Source: Callorhinchus milii (taxonomy: Eukaryota). Taken from it: a stretch of DNA of 64,000 bases. The DNA lies in the NCBI RefSeq assembly GCF_018977255.1, contig NW_024704743.1, positions 102,984,001-103,048,000 on the forward strand, given 5' to 3'. Within the stretch, counting starts at the first letter, position 1. Each line of letters opens with the position of its first letter. Below are positions 47,307 through 61,021 of the stretch, piece after piece. The notes below the pieces were generated by a model. The model was given only the letters and a program-made list of their open reading frames with translations. It did no database searches and had not been told where the DNA came from. The position numbers and the translations under genes are program-made.

Positions 47307-50300
47307 GAGTTCCATGCAAAATTAATTTTAAGACACAGAAGATATTTATCACAATTATTGACACAAGTCATTTGGATAAAGTATTTAGAAATACAGAATA
47401 TACACAGGTTAGAAGTATTTTTATATTATATGCACCTGATTTAATAATACCAGATTATTTCTGAAAAATATTTAGGCAAATTTATGGGTACATCAAATAG
47501 CATGGTAATCAAATATTTTTGAGGAGAATGTTTTAAATGAAAATAAAATCAGCTCACCAATTCTGAAATTAGTTAATTTTGACAAGGGTATTTTCTAATA
47601 AAAGAAAACCCCAGTGATGCTGCACATTAAATGAAGTAAATAGCTTAAGGGAGGATTTACTGGAATTCAAGCTGTCAGAAATAATTTCATAGGAGAAAAC
47701 ATACAATAATTTCAAGAATTTTAATATTAATTAAAGTGGTCATTAGCTTCAACGTGGAAAGAAAGACACAATTTGAAAGCAATGCAAATCTAGTGAGTTT
47801 CTTATAAAACTCAAAAAGTATTCTTTATTAAGACTAGTGTACCCCACTGGAATGTCAATATAAACTGACACCAGTATAATACTTGGGAAGCTACTGTTTT
47901 TTGGAGATGGCATCTTTTGCATGATAAATTAAACCGAGGTCCATTACGTATTCAAATTGACATTAAACATTCCGTAAAACTTTGAGAATAGAAGGGAGTT
48001 TCTCTCAGTCCTAGCCAACAATTCACCAAATTAATTCATCACCTCATAGCTTTTTATTGGATCTTCCTGTGTGGAAATGGTTGCTGTGTTTACTTGTAAA
48101 ATAGGTCAGTGAACTTGTCAGGAATTATGCATGAGACACTTTGAAAGTTTCAACCTTCTTAGTTGATAGAAGTGAACCATTTAAAAAAAACATTATCCTA
48201 TGTTTCTAGAATTGCATATTTTCATAGTGGGTCCTAATTTACTCAAACTTCAGGACTTCTTTGAGTCAAATTTTGCACTCTATGTGGAGATTGCACCTTG
48301 GTGTAGGTTTAGTGTATGTAGAATTTCAAAGTTTGCAGTTGTAACTCTCTATTTGGTTTCTTGTAGTTCTTGAAAGAAATCAAAGAAAGATGACTACAAA
48401 ATTAAAGCTGTATATAAAAAAAGCAAATTATGTATGATCAAAAAGCCAACATAAACAAGTAAATAAAGACCCAGGTGGAATTTTCATCCATATGTGCCAG
48501 AATTCCACATTATTGCTTTGAAATAGCAACAGTATATAAAAAAATTAAAGTGAGTAACTAGTTCTAAATTATCAATGGTGGAATAAGAATGTTCAATTCA
48601 ATCCTATAATTATCATATTGAATGCCTTGTCAAGAAGGCAAAAAATTCAAATCATTCTTAAAAGGCTGTATTGCTTATCTTCCACTTATTTGGTTGTTCT
48701 TTGTTGTCTTTTTAAACTTAAACAAGTTTTTCAGAAACCAAGACAGACTTTGATTTTAAATTCTGGAGGCAACATTTGACTTTACAGGATACAAACTGAT
48801 TTTAAGTCAGTTTTTAGCAGTGCACAATTGCCTGCTGCATTGAGGGTTGTATCAGAGTGGAATAAAGTCCTTGGATGTAGCCACTGTGCCAAAGCTATGG
48901 GAGAAGGGCCACAAACCTACTTCAATTAGTATCCTGTGAAGCAGCGCTCAAATGCTGTGTCAACAATATAAAATCTAAATCTGGCTGGGTCTGCAAACTT
49001 CACTCCATGTATTTTGTTTTGTTTTGTCAAACAGTTTTTGCAGATTCACTCATCAGAATGATTACATATCCATTTAACATTGTTTGTTTAATAGGAACCA
49101 CCTGATAGAGGAAATGATCCATCCCACCATGCGGTTAATCCGATTAATGCACCTTTGTACAGCTGGAAGCCGAGCAACTTTACTTTTAGCAGCAAAGTTA
49201 CGTGGAGCAAGAAGGCTTATTAATGTGTTATGCTCTGCAGTGGATTGCATCAAAAGCATAATTCTGAAAACATTGGCTAATATTTATTTAAGAACCAGTC
49301 AAGCAACCAACTCTTAACACTATAAAGGATATCCTGAAAATTTGTGGGCTGTCCATCCATTGGAGCATTCTTACAGAACCTTTTATTTATCATTTCAGGA
49401 GCAGGGCTCCAGCACGATTTACACTCACTTCAAATATGATTTATACGATGCTTTTCTGGATGAATCTATGCAATTTGGGGAGCAGAGGGGAAATATAATC
49501 AGGATTCATAACTGGGTTAAGAAAATGGATCTGTTCTATGGAAAGTTCAATGTGATGCAGTTTATAGGTTCAAATAAAGGAGCTATAGGTTTTGGTAAAA
49601 TAAATAAAGTAATTTAGGTCATAATAGTAATAATAATAATCCTTGAGTTTGATATATTTTATCATGTCTTTGAGACATCTTGAAGAGCTTCACAGAATAT
49701 ACCGTAAAGTGAATTGACTGTATATTTTGTGGGCGAAACATGGCAACCAATATAATTACCATTGTATAAAATTAAAGGAAATGGTGAGGGCTGCATGTGT
49801 TCTTGAACATACGAAAACCTATTCACTTTTTAGTATATTGTTGGGTGAGGGAGAATGAGAAAGAGTGGAAGCATTGGGGAGATTAGAATTAAAAATTGCA
49901 ATGTGCCAATGACAGGGTACCAAAGTTCAAGTGACAGAAGGTGATACAAAGCGTAGGCTTGCCAACATGCCATGCCACCAGTTTCTAATCTGGGGAAGAC
50001 ATTCAGTGAGGATATTGAGCGGAGTTGAGGCATTCGCCCACCATTTGGGGAGGGGCATGGGAGACAAGGGGCAATTCAGAAACTAAATGAACCCAGATGC
50101 CTCTCCTGTTCCATTGTTCCTTCCGGGAGCCAGTTACAGAGTGTCATCGGGAGAAAGTTACCTGGCTGCTGTCTTGGTGAAGTAATGCTATGTGGCACAG
50201 GGGCACCTAAAGAGAAACAAACAGTGNTTTTTTTAAAGTAAACAAATCGTCCTTCCCCTAAGCAACAACACAAGCAGCAGGTGGAATGCAACTTTTCTTG

Positions 50301-50334
50301 TGATAGCTTTAGCCCACTGGCCTTCGGTTACTCT

Positions 50335-50612
50335 CAAAACACAAGTCAAAAGATTGGGTCAGGTGAAGAATGCCCTTCAGCTCACCTGAACTCATCCTTC
50401 CAGAATATTCACCACCCATCTGTCTTCCCATCACTGGATCAAGCTGCTTTTCTTAGAATGCATCCAGAGTCCTGGCCTCAGCCACCGTTTCTGGTAACTT
50501 GTTCCAGTCAGTAATTACCCACTGGGTAAAGAAAACCTTCCTGGTGTCTATCCTGAAATTGACCTTTGCATCCCTAAATATGTATCATCTTGTTCTACTG
50601 TCCTGGTGCATC
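50335..50612 (-). mobile_element. Old CR1 LINE 3' end
   Basis: cttgttccagtcagtaattacccactgggtaaagaaaaccttcctg is the reverse complement of the CR1 FFTQRVINxWN region. Confidence 0.65.
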
Positions 50613-53600
50613 TGTGTGCAACTAATATATTTATTAATTTGAAATGGTCATTTTTAAAATTAATTTAAAATTCTACTAATTCTGCGATTAAACTATTTTC
50701 TTTCTATGATGAAAACAGAACTTCAAATTAGCTGCAATACTTAGAAAATCACAGTTGTTTCTTTCTTGAAGTGAATCTGTGTAGTACATGTCTAAACTAT
50801 AGTCCGTCATTGTCCCATATGGAGTCCCCATAGGACTCTTCCTGATAAATCACATGGAGTATTTACTTAATTTTGTTGAGGAACATGGAGGAGTTACAGT
50901 GGGCAATTACAGTTTCAATGTTACCAATGTTCTATCATCACTGAGGCATGGTTCCACACTTCAACCTTGAATGAGAGCACATTTACTGGAGATTCAAGTA
51001 TAGTAGGATTGCCAATGAACACAGCAAAAAAAAAACTCATCTGCAGGGCACTTCAGAAAAAGCCAGTGTAAATGGCACCTTAAAGAGTGACGCTTCAGGA
51101 CGCTTCTCCCTATAGGATCCCTTTTATGGTTCATAGGCTCCAACGAGATCTCGGCTCTGTGGATATCTCGGGTGAGAGTCAAGTTTGGATCTTAGTGTGA
51201 GATGTCATTTACACCTTTGTTTTTCTGATGAACGCTTTTTAACCCAAAGTTTCGGCCCATTGTTCCAACTCATTGTAACCTGCTCATCATCCTGTTCACC
51301 ATATAATACACACATAATCAAGTACCAGTTTAATAACTATTATTGTTCATTTCACAAATGGGATTTCAAAGATTTCAGACTGAAATTTCCATTTAGGTTT
51401 TTTCAACAAGTTGAATTTCAAACGCTTCCTGTAAGGAAAAGGATGGGGTCCATACTTCCTGGTGTTCACATGAAGGACCTTCACTCATTGCATTGACTGG
51501 TGCTTGGAAGATGATCCTATCATAGCAGTGGAAGCCAGTCGAGCAGAGGGAAAGGAAATTAAAATTTTTTTATGTCACATATCTACTTTCTTTCTGAATC
51601 TCTACAAAGCACAAAATATAGATCTATTTATATTTACCACTAAATTAGTATAATACTATATTATATATCTCAGTCTCATGCAAGGTCACATGGAAAAACA
51701 CATTTAGAAATGTGGTCACCTCACTTAGATTCCATGGTCCTACCATTCTCCAACATAATGGATGAAATTATACTCCATTGCTAGTATTCTACTAATACTT
51801 TGATGTAGTCATTATCTTTATATGTTGATTGAATTGCTTCTTTTTACAGTAAAAGCTCAGTTTGAAGGAAATGTAATAGCAGATAGCTTATAAATGTTAT
51901 TCGTGGTAGTGGTGGCTGGGTGCTCACAGCGAGGTGGACAAACATCGAGCCACAGCTATCCCAAAATCAAATCTATGACCTTTCACTTCTGAAATCCTTG
52001 TTAATTCCACTTTAATTTTCCTTGTAGACAGGTGACAACTAGTCTGAAACAGACTTGTCTCTGAAACTCCCACAAACAGAAGGAATGATGTGCAAAGTTT
52101 GATCACTGGTATCCTGAATTTTTTGAATTGATCTTATAGCATCCTGGCATAAATATAACCTTATCCACGTCAACCATTTGGCTCTCCAGATGCAGTCTTG
52201 CAGTGAGTTAACAACCTGGTTGAAGCTCTCTTATGTTGGAGACAATGGGTTCTGCAAAGGAGGAGGCAAGCCCTATCCAAGTCAATTGGATTCCATTCCT
52301 TTAGACACCATGGAACACAAACTCAACAGATGGGTTTTCTTTGTTTTCTATCAATCGTGGGTTAGAGCAATCTATCACAAAAAGATGGTGAAAAATAGGA
52401 CCGAGATAGTTTGAAGATTCCCATACTTGGATTTTCTATCCTGGCTTCCTTCATTTTCCAATCCAGTTCAACCGTTTTTCAGCACCAAAAAAAGAAGTGG
52501 AACTGTAGTAACTGCCCCCCCCCCCATCTCTCTCTCTGTAGCTCTACTTTCAATGTCCTACCAGCTGATTCTCACGATCACCTCCAAGGTTATTTGACAC
52601 ACGCATCTCAGCAAATATTTGTTTGAGCATGGCAATTTTGATACATTGCAAACGCTGTCTTTGCAATTGACATCAACAGTCTCTCTTTAGATGTCACAGC
52701 TGGTATTTATCCTGGAGATTTTTTAAAGTAATTCTGTTGTAAAAGTCAAAGCGTTTCCAGGAATAAACATTTAAACAGCTTTTACTAATCTTACAGAAAG
52801 CATAAAAGCTGAAAACTGGGCCTTCTTTAATCCTCAACTGCATTAACCAGGTTGAACTGAAAAAGATTCTCTTAGAGGTATAGTTCTGAATATTTTAAAA
52901 GGAGGCATTTCAGCAAAGTCATGGAAAAAGTTGTCGTTCTCTTTCCAAAATATTCAAACTGTGTGCATTCAACCCCAATTGGCTTTCTCTGGTCCTTGAT
53001 TTTAATAGCTTCTAAATGATCCAGTAGGTTTATATGGGTGAGATGCACAGCGAAGATTGCCTAACTGCACGTGAGAATGAAAATGAGAACCTTGTAGTTT
53101 TTGTAGTTTCGAAAAGCAATGATTGATCAGTTGTATGAAGGCTGGTGTAAAGGAGTTCAATTTGTGATATTTGCAAAATAGCTGAATAACAGCTAAGAGG
53201 AAAAATAAATGGCCTGAAAACAAAAGAAACCAGAGATGTTTTGCTCTTCGTTCTTTTTTGCACTTTGTCGGCTCTCAAAAATCATTAATTAACCACTTTG
53301 TGAACATCTCAAATTAGACGACATTCAATATTTCAAATGGAAGTTTATCATTGTAAAAGTGTCATTGGTTTAAGAAGTATTGTTTGCTTGGATGTAACTG
53401 CAAAAAAAAGCAATCGGTGACAATGCATTAAAGAACAATGGATGATAAACCTCTCCTGTGATCTTGTGAACATAATTATGAATGTCCGAAGGAACCAACA
53501 GATGCCCAGTTCACTCTTTATGCTAAAAGTCAGGTGTAATACCAATGGAACTGTGTAAGGCACTCTGTGCCCAAAATTTGGAAAGGGCTGAGTCATTGAT

Positions 53601-54101
53601 AGTAATAAGTAATAAGAACTTTGTATGCATTGGAAATTTCCTATTGCAATTTATAAACCAAAGGGCATTAAACCCACCAAGGAACATCAGTAGATATAGT
53701 CCAGTAATGTGACGCAGATGTCCAGGGTAACACCAGAAATCACAACTGCACTAAAAGTGATCAGAATCAGAGAATCATTACTAAATGCTGGAAGACTTAT
53801 ATGTTCACCAGAGAAAACATGAATGAGTCTGCTCTGTTTGTGCAATGACATCGGCAGATGTAAGAAAGGTGCTGCTCTATTCAGATATCAGCAACAAATT
53901 CTACACCAACTACAATGGAAGAAATGTGTTTGTGCTTTATACTGAGTGGCATGCAGATTTACACCTGATATTTAGGAAAATCCAAATGCATACCTCTCAT
54001 TTTAAACAAAGGCATTAAACTTTGAAATAGTATTCAGTAATTATTTCCTAGACGAGTCAGCAAATTGGAAATTATTGATCGACAATTATTTTGTGACCTC
54101 A

Positions 54102-54296
<195 letters not shown>

Positions 54297-55369
54297 TTAC
54301 CAATTTCATCAATTCAATTTCCTACATTAATGTTTATCATCCAAATTAATCAGTGGCGATCAAACCAGATACAAAATGACTCCAGGGGAAGCTGGAAGGA
54401 ACTTAGGGATCTTAATCATTGCACGAGGTCAGCTGTTAAAAATAAATGCATTAAGCACACCAATAACTGCTAACTTATGGCTTTTAGCAGCTTTTTCAAT
54501 CATTATAATAGAAGGATCTATGGCAATTTATGTTTCCTTTGAAAGCTTAACACAGTCAATGTAGTGTTTTATATACCCATGCACTGAGGCATGCAATTGA
54601 GCGTGGTAATTTTTTTTTTGCATTGAATCCATTGTATGTCATAAGTTTAACCCAAGTGAATGAAAGAACAAGCACCTTAGATCGAAATTACTCATTGCCA
54701 TTAATTCCTGTTGTTTTGAATTCACTCTTAAGAATTAATTATTGACTTCTTGGGCAGGGTTTCACAAGAGTACCCATGGAGTAAACCAATGGTCAATACC
54801 ACCAACAATAAGTAAATGCTAATCTAGGCTTTAACCTTGTATGCTTACAGTTCCTGCAAGATGTTTAATTGTGTACATCTGTGAAAACCTCCTAGTACTG
54901 CATAATTTAAAATGGACATCACTGGCCTGCAATTCCATCTAGTGTTAGTCTGCATGTTGTCCTTAGTGGGCTGATGGGCTTCTGTGACTGTAAATTTCTA
55001 TGGTTCTATGGTGCCCCGCCTCAGCCAATATTTAATGATCTATGAACCAAAAGCATCAGACTTTTTAAAAAGTAAATATATGTCTGTTTGTACCTTTGTT
55101 TATACTGTTGGTTCTTTTTATCTGTTGTTCCCTGCTCACCAATTTCCTGTCCCGATTTGTTTTGTTTTGTCAATCTATTGGGACCAAAGTTCCACAACTG
55201 GTGGCCACAGACCTACCCCCACCCTCCCACGCATGGGACTGCACCATAATTCATATGTGAATCTTAGCGATAAGAATCAGTAGGCTACTTGACCAGAGAG
55301 GGCAAGCAAATGAAGCCCACAAAAATCTATATTAAAGGCATCTATATTATACACAATACAATTTATGTA

Positions 55370-55560
55370 CACAACAACAACAAAAATACATTTATAGAGC
55401 GCCTTTCTCGTCAGGAGGACATCCCAAAGTGCTGAACAGTCAAGTGTCGGGGCCCGAGGCATGGGGGAGGTGTGGTGTAGGGGTGAGGGAAGGCAGAGAA
55501 GCGGAGGGAGACCAAAGGCACGGTTGAAGAGAAGGGTCTTGAGACCGGCCTTGAAGGAGG
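55370..55560 (-). mobile_element. L2 LINE 3' end
   Basis: (caa)n tail, agcgcctttctcgtcaggaggacatcccaa, and the ASFKAGLKTLLFNRAF peptide. Confidence 0.88.
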
Positions 55561-55586
55561 CAATTCCCTTCAAACCTATCAAATCA

Positions 55587-55605
55587 CACACACACACACA
55601 CACAC
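55587..55605 (+). repeat. (AC)n microsatellite
   Basis: acacacacacacacacaca. Confidence 0.9.
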
Positions 55606-55929
55606 AGACACCAACTGCAATGAGGAGCACCAGTTAATCTGGAACCAAGTGAGAAACAAATTCCACTTTGGTCCAGATTTACTCTATTTGTTTAACTATT
55701 CAGTGGCTAGAATTTGGCAAATTGTTGTATCATTCTTAACTTTGAAGCCTGTATTCTGTACTTATTATCCTTGCCTCGACTCTTAACCTTCCTAGAAACC
55801 TATTCCATTTGTTAATTATCCTCTGGATGAATAAATAATGCCTAATATCTGTCCTGAAATATCCTTTACAACCCAGAACCTCAGGTTTCTGGTATCTTGG
55901 CTTATCTGAAAGTTTGGTGCATTTTGTCA

Positions 55930-57858
55930 ACAGACTGAAAACCTACCAAGAATAGAGGGGAACCAAGAAGACGATGTTAGCGAGCAACTTGGGGGAATTA
56001 ATATTAGTAAAGAAATGGTTTTAGGTAAATTGTCAGGTCTTAAAACTGATAAATCTCCTGGATCTGATGGCCTACATCCTAGGGTTTTAAAAGAGGTGTC
56101 TACTGAGATAGTGGATGGCTTGTCTTTGATCTTCCCAAATTCTCTGGATTCTGGAACGGTTCCCATTGATTCGAAGATTGCAATCGTAACACCATTATTT
56201 AAGAAGCATGGGAGAGAAAAGATGGGGAACTATAGACCATTTAGTCTGACATCAGTGGTAGGGAAAATTTTTGAGTCCTTAATTAAAGATGTTGTTATGG
56301 GATTTCTGGAAGACCATAACAAGATTAGGCAGAATCAACATGGCTTTACAAAAGGGAAGTCATGCTTAACTAATCTTTTAGAGTTTTTTGAAAATGTATC
56401 AAGCAGGTTAAATAGGGGGGAACCAGTAGATGTAGTATATTTAGATTTTAAAAAGGCATTTGACAAAGTGCCACACGAAAGGTTATTGCACAAGGTTAAG
56501 GCCCAAGGGATTAATGGGAACATATTAGCATGGATTGAAGAGTGGTTAACGGGTAGAAACAGAGAGTAGGGATAAACAGGTCATTCTCGAATTGGCAGGA
56601 TGTGACCAGTGGAGTGCCATAAGGATCAGTGCTTGGGCCTCAGTTATTTACAATTTACATCAATGATCTAGACGAGGACATTGAATGTAACACATCTAGA
56701 TTTGCGGAGGACACTAAACTAGGTGGGAGAGTAAGCTCTGAGGATGATGCAAAATGATTGCAACGGGATATAGATAGGCTAGGGGAGTGGGCAATTCACT
56801 AGGTTAGTTCCTGGGATGAGGAGACTGACCTATGAGGATAGGCTGAATAAACTAGGGCTATATTCTCTAGAATACAGAAGAATTAGGGGAGATCTTATTG
56901 AAACATATATGATTTTTAAAAGGCTGGATAAACAACAACAACAACAACAAGATTCCATTTATAAAGCGCCTTTCACGTCAGGAGGACGTCCCAAGGCGCT
57001 GCACAGTTGGGTCATGACCCGAGCAGGGGGGAATGGTCAGGGTGAGGGAAGGGAGGGAGCGAGGAGGGGGGAAATGGTCAGGGTGAGGGGAGGGAAGGGA
57101 GGGAGCGAGGAGGGGGAAGAGAGTCGAGGGGGGAGCTGAAGGCACGGTCAAAGAGAAAGGTTTTGAGACCGGCCTTGAAGGAGGAAAGGGAGGAAGCAAG
57201 GCGAAGGCACTGGGGGATGGAGTTCCAGAGCCTCGGGGCTGAGAGGCTGAAGGCCCGACCACCGATGGTAGGGCGGTTGGGGCGGGGGACGTGGAGCAGA
57301 CCGGAGCCAGAGGAACGGAGGGTACGGACAGGTAGGTAGGGGGATAGTAGGTTGGAGAGGTAGGAGGGAGCAAGGCCGTGAATGGCCTTGTAGGTGAGGA
57401 TGAGGATCTTGAAATCAATCCTCTGGGGGATGGGGAGCCAGTGGAGGCGAGCGAGGGTGGGAGTGATGTGGTCCCGAAGCCTGGTGCGGGACAGTACACG
57501 AGCTGCAGAGTTCTGAATGACATTGAGTGATTGTTTCCCCTGGTAGGAGAATCTATAACCAGTGTTCACAGTCTTAAAATTAATGGTCAGCCTTTTGGAA
57601 CAGAGTTGAGGAAACATTTCTTCACTCAGAGGGTAGTGAATTTATGGAATTCACTACCCCAGAAGGCTATAGATGCTCAGTCCTTGAACATCTTCAAGGC
57701 TGAGACTGATAGATTTTTTAAAAATAGAGGGATTAGGGGATATGGGGATAGGGCAGGTAATTAGAGTTAGATCAGAAGATCAGCCATGATCTTATCGAAT
57801 GGCGGGGCAGGCTCGAGGGGCCGAATGGCCTACTCTTGCTCCTAATTCTTATGTTCTT
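55930..57858 (+). mobile_element. CR1 LINE, 5'-truncated, with an RT region, an internal deletion and a nested L2
   Basis: KSPGSDGLHPRVLKE, NYRPFSLTSVVGKIFE, QHGFTKGKSCLTNLLEFF, YLDFKKAFDKVPH, GVP*GSVLGP, FAEDTKL, then C-terminal RKHFFTQRVVNLWNSLP and 3' UTR. Frameshift and stop near 56570-56620. Confidence 0.95.
56932..57521 (-). mobile_element. Young L2 LINE 3' fragment inserted into the CR1
   Basis: (CAA)n tail at 56932; peptide [40 protein letters not shown]. Highly similar to 32500-33040. Confidence 0.95.
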
Positions 57859-58409
57859 AAAACTAGGCAAATCACCTCAGCACCCATCCACAGAGTGGCT
57901 TTGATCAAGAAAGGTAAGATGTTCATGGTTGCTCACACTTTTCAGATAGTCTAGGATGTTTAGGGAAAATAAAACCAACAAAGAAATTTTGATAAATATT
58001 TCCTGCAACCGCGGGTACAATAAATGGAGTATTTTCACTGAAAAGGTTCCACGTAACTACACCACTTAACCACAGACTATTCAGCAACATCTAGATCTGG
58101 ACCCTTGTGGTTGTGGTCTCCTACTGGAGAAAACCACATTAGCTTATTACCTGTTTATGATACACCCACCAAGCACATGTAATTACACAGGCGTCCCACA
58201 CTGCACTATAACACTGCCATTGTGCCAACATCTGTTCACATATTTGGAGGAATTGGTTCCCTTGTTGGAACTTAGAGAAAATCTGCTTCAAAATGAGAGC
58301 TGTATTTAAGAATTTACCAAACCCAGAATATTCCAAATGCTCAATAAACAGAGGAAACTAAGATGGAATTTGGACTCCATTACATCAATTGTAGCCTCCT
58401 ACTGTTAAC

Positions 58410-58830
58410 ACTTACAGAATGGAAACAGGCCACATGAAGCAACTTGACCATGCCAGTGTTTGTATTCCACAGAAGCCCCCTCCTCTCCTATTCCTCTCTC
58501 CTATACTACTCCATTCCCTTCTTCCTCATGTATGCATCAAATTTCCTCTTAAATATGTTGTTGCTATATGCTTCAAATACAGCTTCTGGCAATCAGTTGC
58601 ACATTCTCACTACCCTCTGAAAAAAAAATCCTTCTACATACTCGCTAAGATCTGCTTCTGGCTGTCTTATATTTATTTAGGACTCATCAATGAGTGTAAA
58701 CAACCCATCAACGTCCACCATATCAAATCCTTTCATAACTTTAAAACTCTAACAGGTGCTTACATTGCTACAGAGAAAACTCCAACCTGTCCAATCTTTC
58801 TTGGTAGATGTATCCACTCAACCCTGGTCA
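58410..58830 (-). mobile_element. Old CR1 LINE 3' end
   Basis: cagaatggaaacaggcc...ccagtgtttgtattccac...acattctcactaccctctg...tcaaatcctttcataactttaaaac, same type as 21990-22815. Confidence 0.7.
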
Positions 58831-58831
58831 T

Positions 58832-59270
58832 ATAATGATAATTCCTACATTTGGTACAAAGCCTTATCATGTCGAAAGGACATCTCAGAGTTCTTCCACA
58901 GGATTTACTGTGAAATAAAGTGACTGTGTATTTGCAGGCAAATGCGGAAGCAAAATTATGCACAGCAATGTCCCACAAACAGTCTTGAAATGAGTGACCA
59001 ATTTTATTCGGGGAATTGTTGGCCAGGTCACCCGGAGAAATCACTTCTCTTTTAAAGTTGTGCCATGGGGTCTCAAACGTCTTCCTGAACAGGCAGGTGG
59101 GATCTTGGTTTAACATCTCATCTGAAGGAATGAACTAGGCAACACCCCTTCAAGCGCTGCATTGGAGTGTGAGCTTAGACAATGTAAGTTCAAGTCCCAA
59201 TGTGAGATGTGAACCTACAACCTTCTGACTCAGAGGCAAGACTGCTATCAACGAGCCAAACTGACACACA
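58832..59270 (-). mobile_element. Old Deu-type (SacSINE1-like) SINE, near full length
   Basis: Reverse complement head gtgtcagtttggctcgttgatagcagtcttgcctctgagtcagaaggttgtaggttc, body, Deu core and tail. Confidence 0.8.
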
Positions 59271-59304
59271 AACAGAGTAGATTGATTGGTCATGTTCTTA
59301 CTTG

Positions 59305-59470
59305 AATAATAATAATAATCCTTGTATTTGATATAGAGCCTTATTACGTCTTTGAGACATCTCAAAGCACTTCACAGAATATACTATAAAGTTAAGTGAC
59401 TGTACATTTTGTGGGTGAAACGCAGCAGCCAATTACACACAGCAGTGTCCCACAAATAGTTGTGGATTGA
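59305..59470 (-). mobile_element. SINE 3' fragment (Deu core plus tail)
   Basis: (aat)n ccttgtatttgatat...gcagcagccaattacacacagcagtgtcccacaaa. Confidence 0.8.
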
Positions 59471-60084
59471 AGTGCAAGAAACCGTAGCCTGACTCCAAGA
59501 CTCTATGAGACTCAGGAAATGATGGTGTGATGAAGATAGCGATTTTGTATGAAAGGTCACCTTTAGCACAAAAGCATTTCCTCATCTCAATCATCTCTCT
59601 TTACCCAATGCAAATTGAGCTTCTCATGCTCAGCCAGCATAGGTGTGTTCAAATAATTCAACTTAAGTTAAATTAAGTCAAAATCTCTCATCTTCAAAAC
59701 TAAACAGAATTTCTCTGTGATTGTGTCAGGGGTTTATTATATTAATGAGTTTAAAATTAAACATGAGATGGCCCAAATTTCTATGGCTGGTTTAGAATGA
59801 TAGAATGAATCACAGAATGTTTACAGGACAGGAGGAAGACATTCAGCCCATCATTTTGCTGCATTTCCTACAAAACACATAGTCACTCCACTTTTCAGTA
59901 AATCCTGTGAAGCGTTTTCAGTCATCTTTCCGATATGAAACATGTTATACTAAATGTAAGTATGTTTTTAGCTATTATTATCATGATGCCTGGCCTGGAG
60001 CCATCTAACCCTAAAATGTCAGCTAAGCATTACAGCTCACAAGTTCACAAGATCGGTTTGGATGAAAACGGCCCTTAGATAGTT

Positions 60085-60410
60085 CAATATACTGCTGGGG
60101 ATGCCCTGTGTTTTCAGAAATGAGAATCTTTGAATGAGAGGTTAAATGGAGGTCAAATCTGCCTGTTCAAGTGGACATTAAAGATCCCATTGGTAGAGAT
60201 CAATATGAGAAGGCTATCTCTTCTGGTGTACTGGCCAACAATCCTTCAAATAAAATTGGTCATTCACTTTGCGGCTATTTGAGGGATATTGCTGTGTGCA
60301 ACTTGGCTGTTGTGCATACCTGAAAATACATAGTCTTACAATAAAACTTACACTAAATCCTGTGAAGTGTTTTGAGATGTCTTTCTGACGTAAAAGTTGC
60401 TATATTATAT
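60085..60410 (+). mobile_element. Old Deu-type SINE fragment
   Basis: gcctgttcaagtggacattaaagatccca...gctgtgtgcaacttggctg...gtgaagtgttttgagatgtctttctgacgt. Confidence 0.7.
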
Positions 60411-61021
60411 AAATTAAGACTGAATTTAATTCTGTGTGGTCTAAAATAATTTAAGTCAAATAAAGTTAATACTAGGTGGAATTTCAGACCATCAAGGAAT
60501 TCTGCTCCAAGAACAGAAATTTACAGCACTGAAGAAGGCTATTCTGCTCATTAGGCCATGCGGCAGCATGCTTAAAAACAATGATGGATCTGAAACTGAA
60601 CAATAGTTTTCTGTCGGTTCTTTTAAGGTCTCAAAATGAAGACTAAATTTAAGAATCATCTAAATTTTGCTCATTTTGAAATCCAAAGAAAATAGAGCAA
60701 GTGTGGTTCAAGATAGAATGTCTCCCCCAAGCATTTAGCCACAGGAAACGGAAAACAAACTCTCTGGCACCAATAATACTGTTAATGCCACCTTCCAGCT
60801 CTCTCTTACACTTTTCAAATAAAGATCACATCCCCCAGGAAAATTTTGGTCCACACGTACCCACAATTCACAATGAGCTTCTTGATTGAATTCCAACGTT
60901 AATATGGTGAGGACTTACATAACTGTCATAACTGGATTCTCAGTTTGCAGTTAAAGATGAGAATGAAAAACTTTACCTCCAAAAAAGATTGCATTTTACT
61001 GTCAACCAACGTATAGAATTA

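Noticed and set aside
50227..50227. Single N base
   Set aside because: Assembly ambiguity beside a T run; not biological.
51070..51310. Possible orthologue of human CSMD3 exon 7 (fragments RSSEKQR, DPNLT)
   Set aside because: The fragments are in different frames with stops and there is no credible acceptor. I found no recognisable orthologue of that exon between 42637 and 54149.
51900..52500. Coding-like composition suggesting a decayed transposase or pseudogene
   Set aside because: The frames I examined are interrupted and no family motif was recognisable; a translated homology search would be needed.
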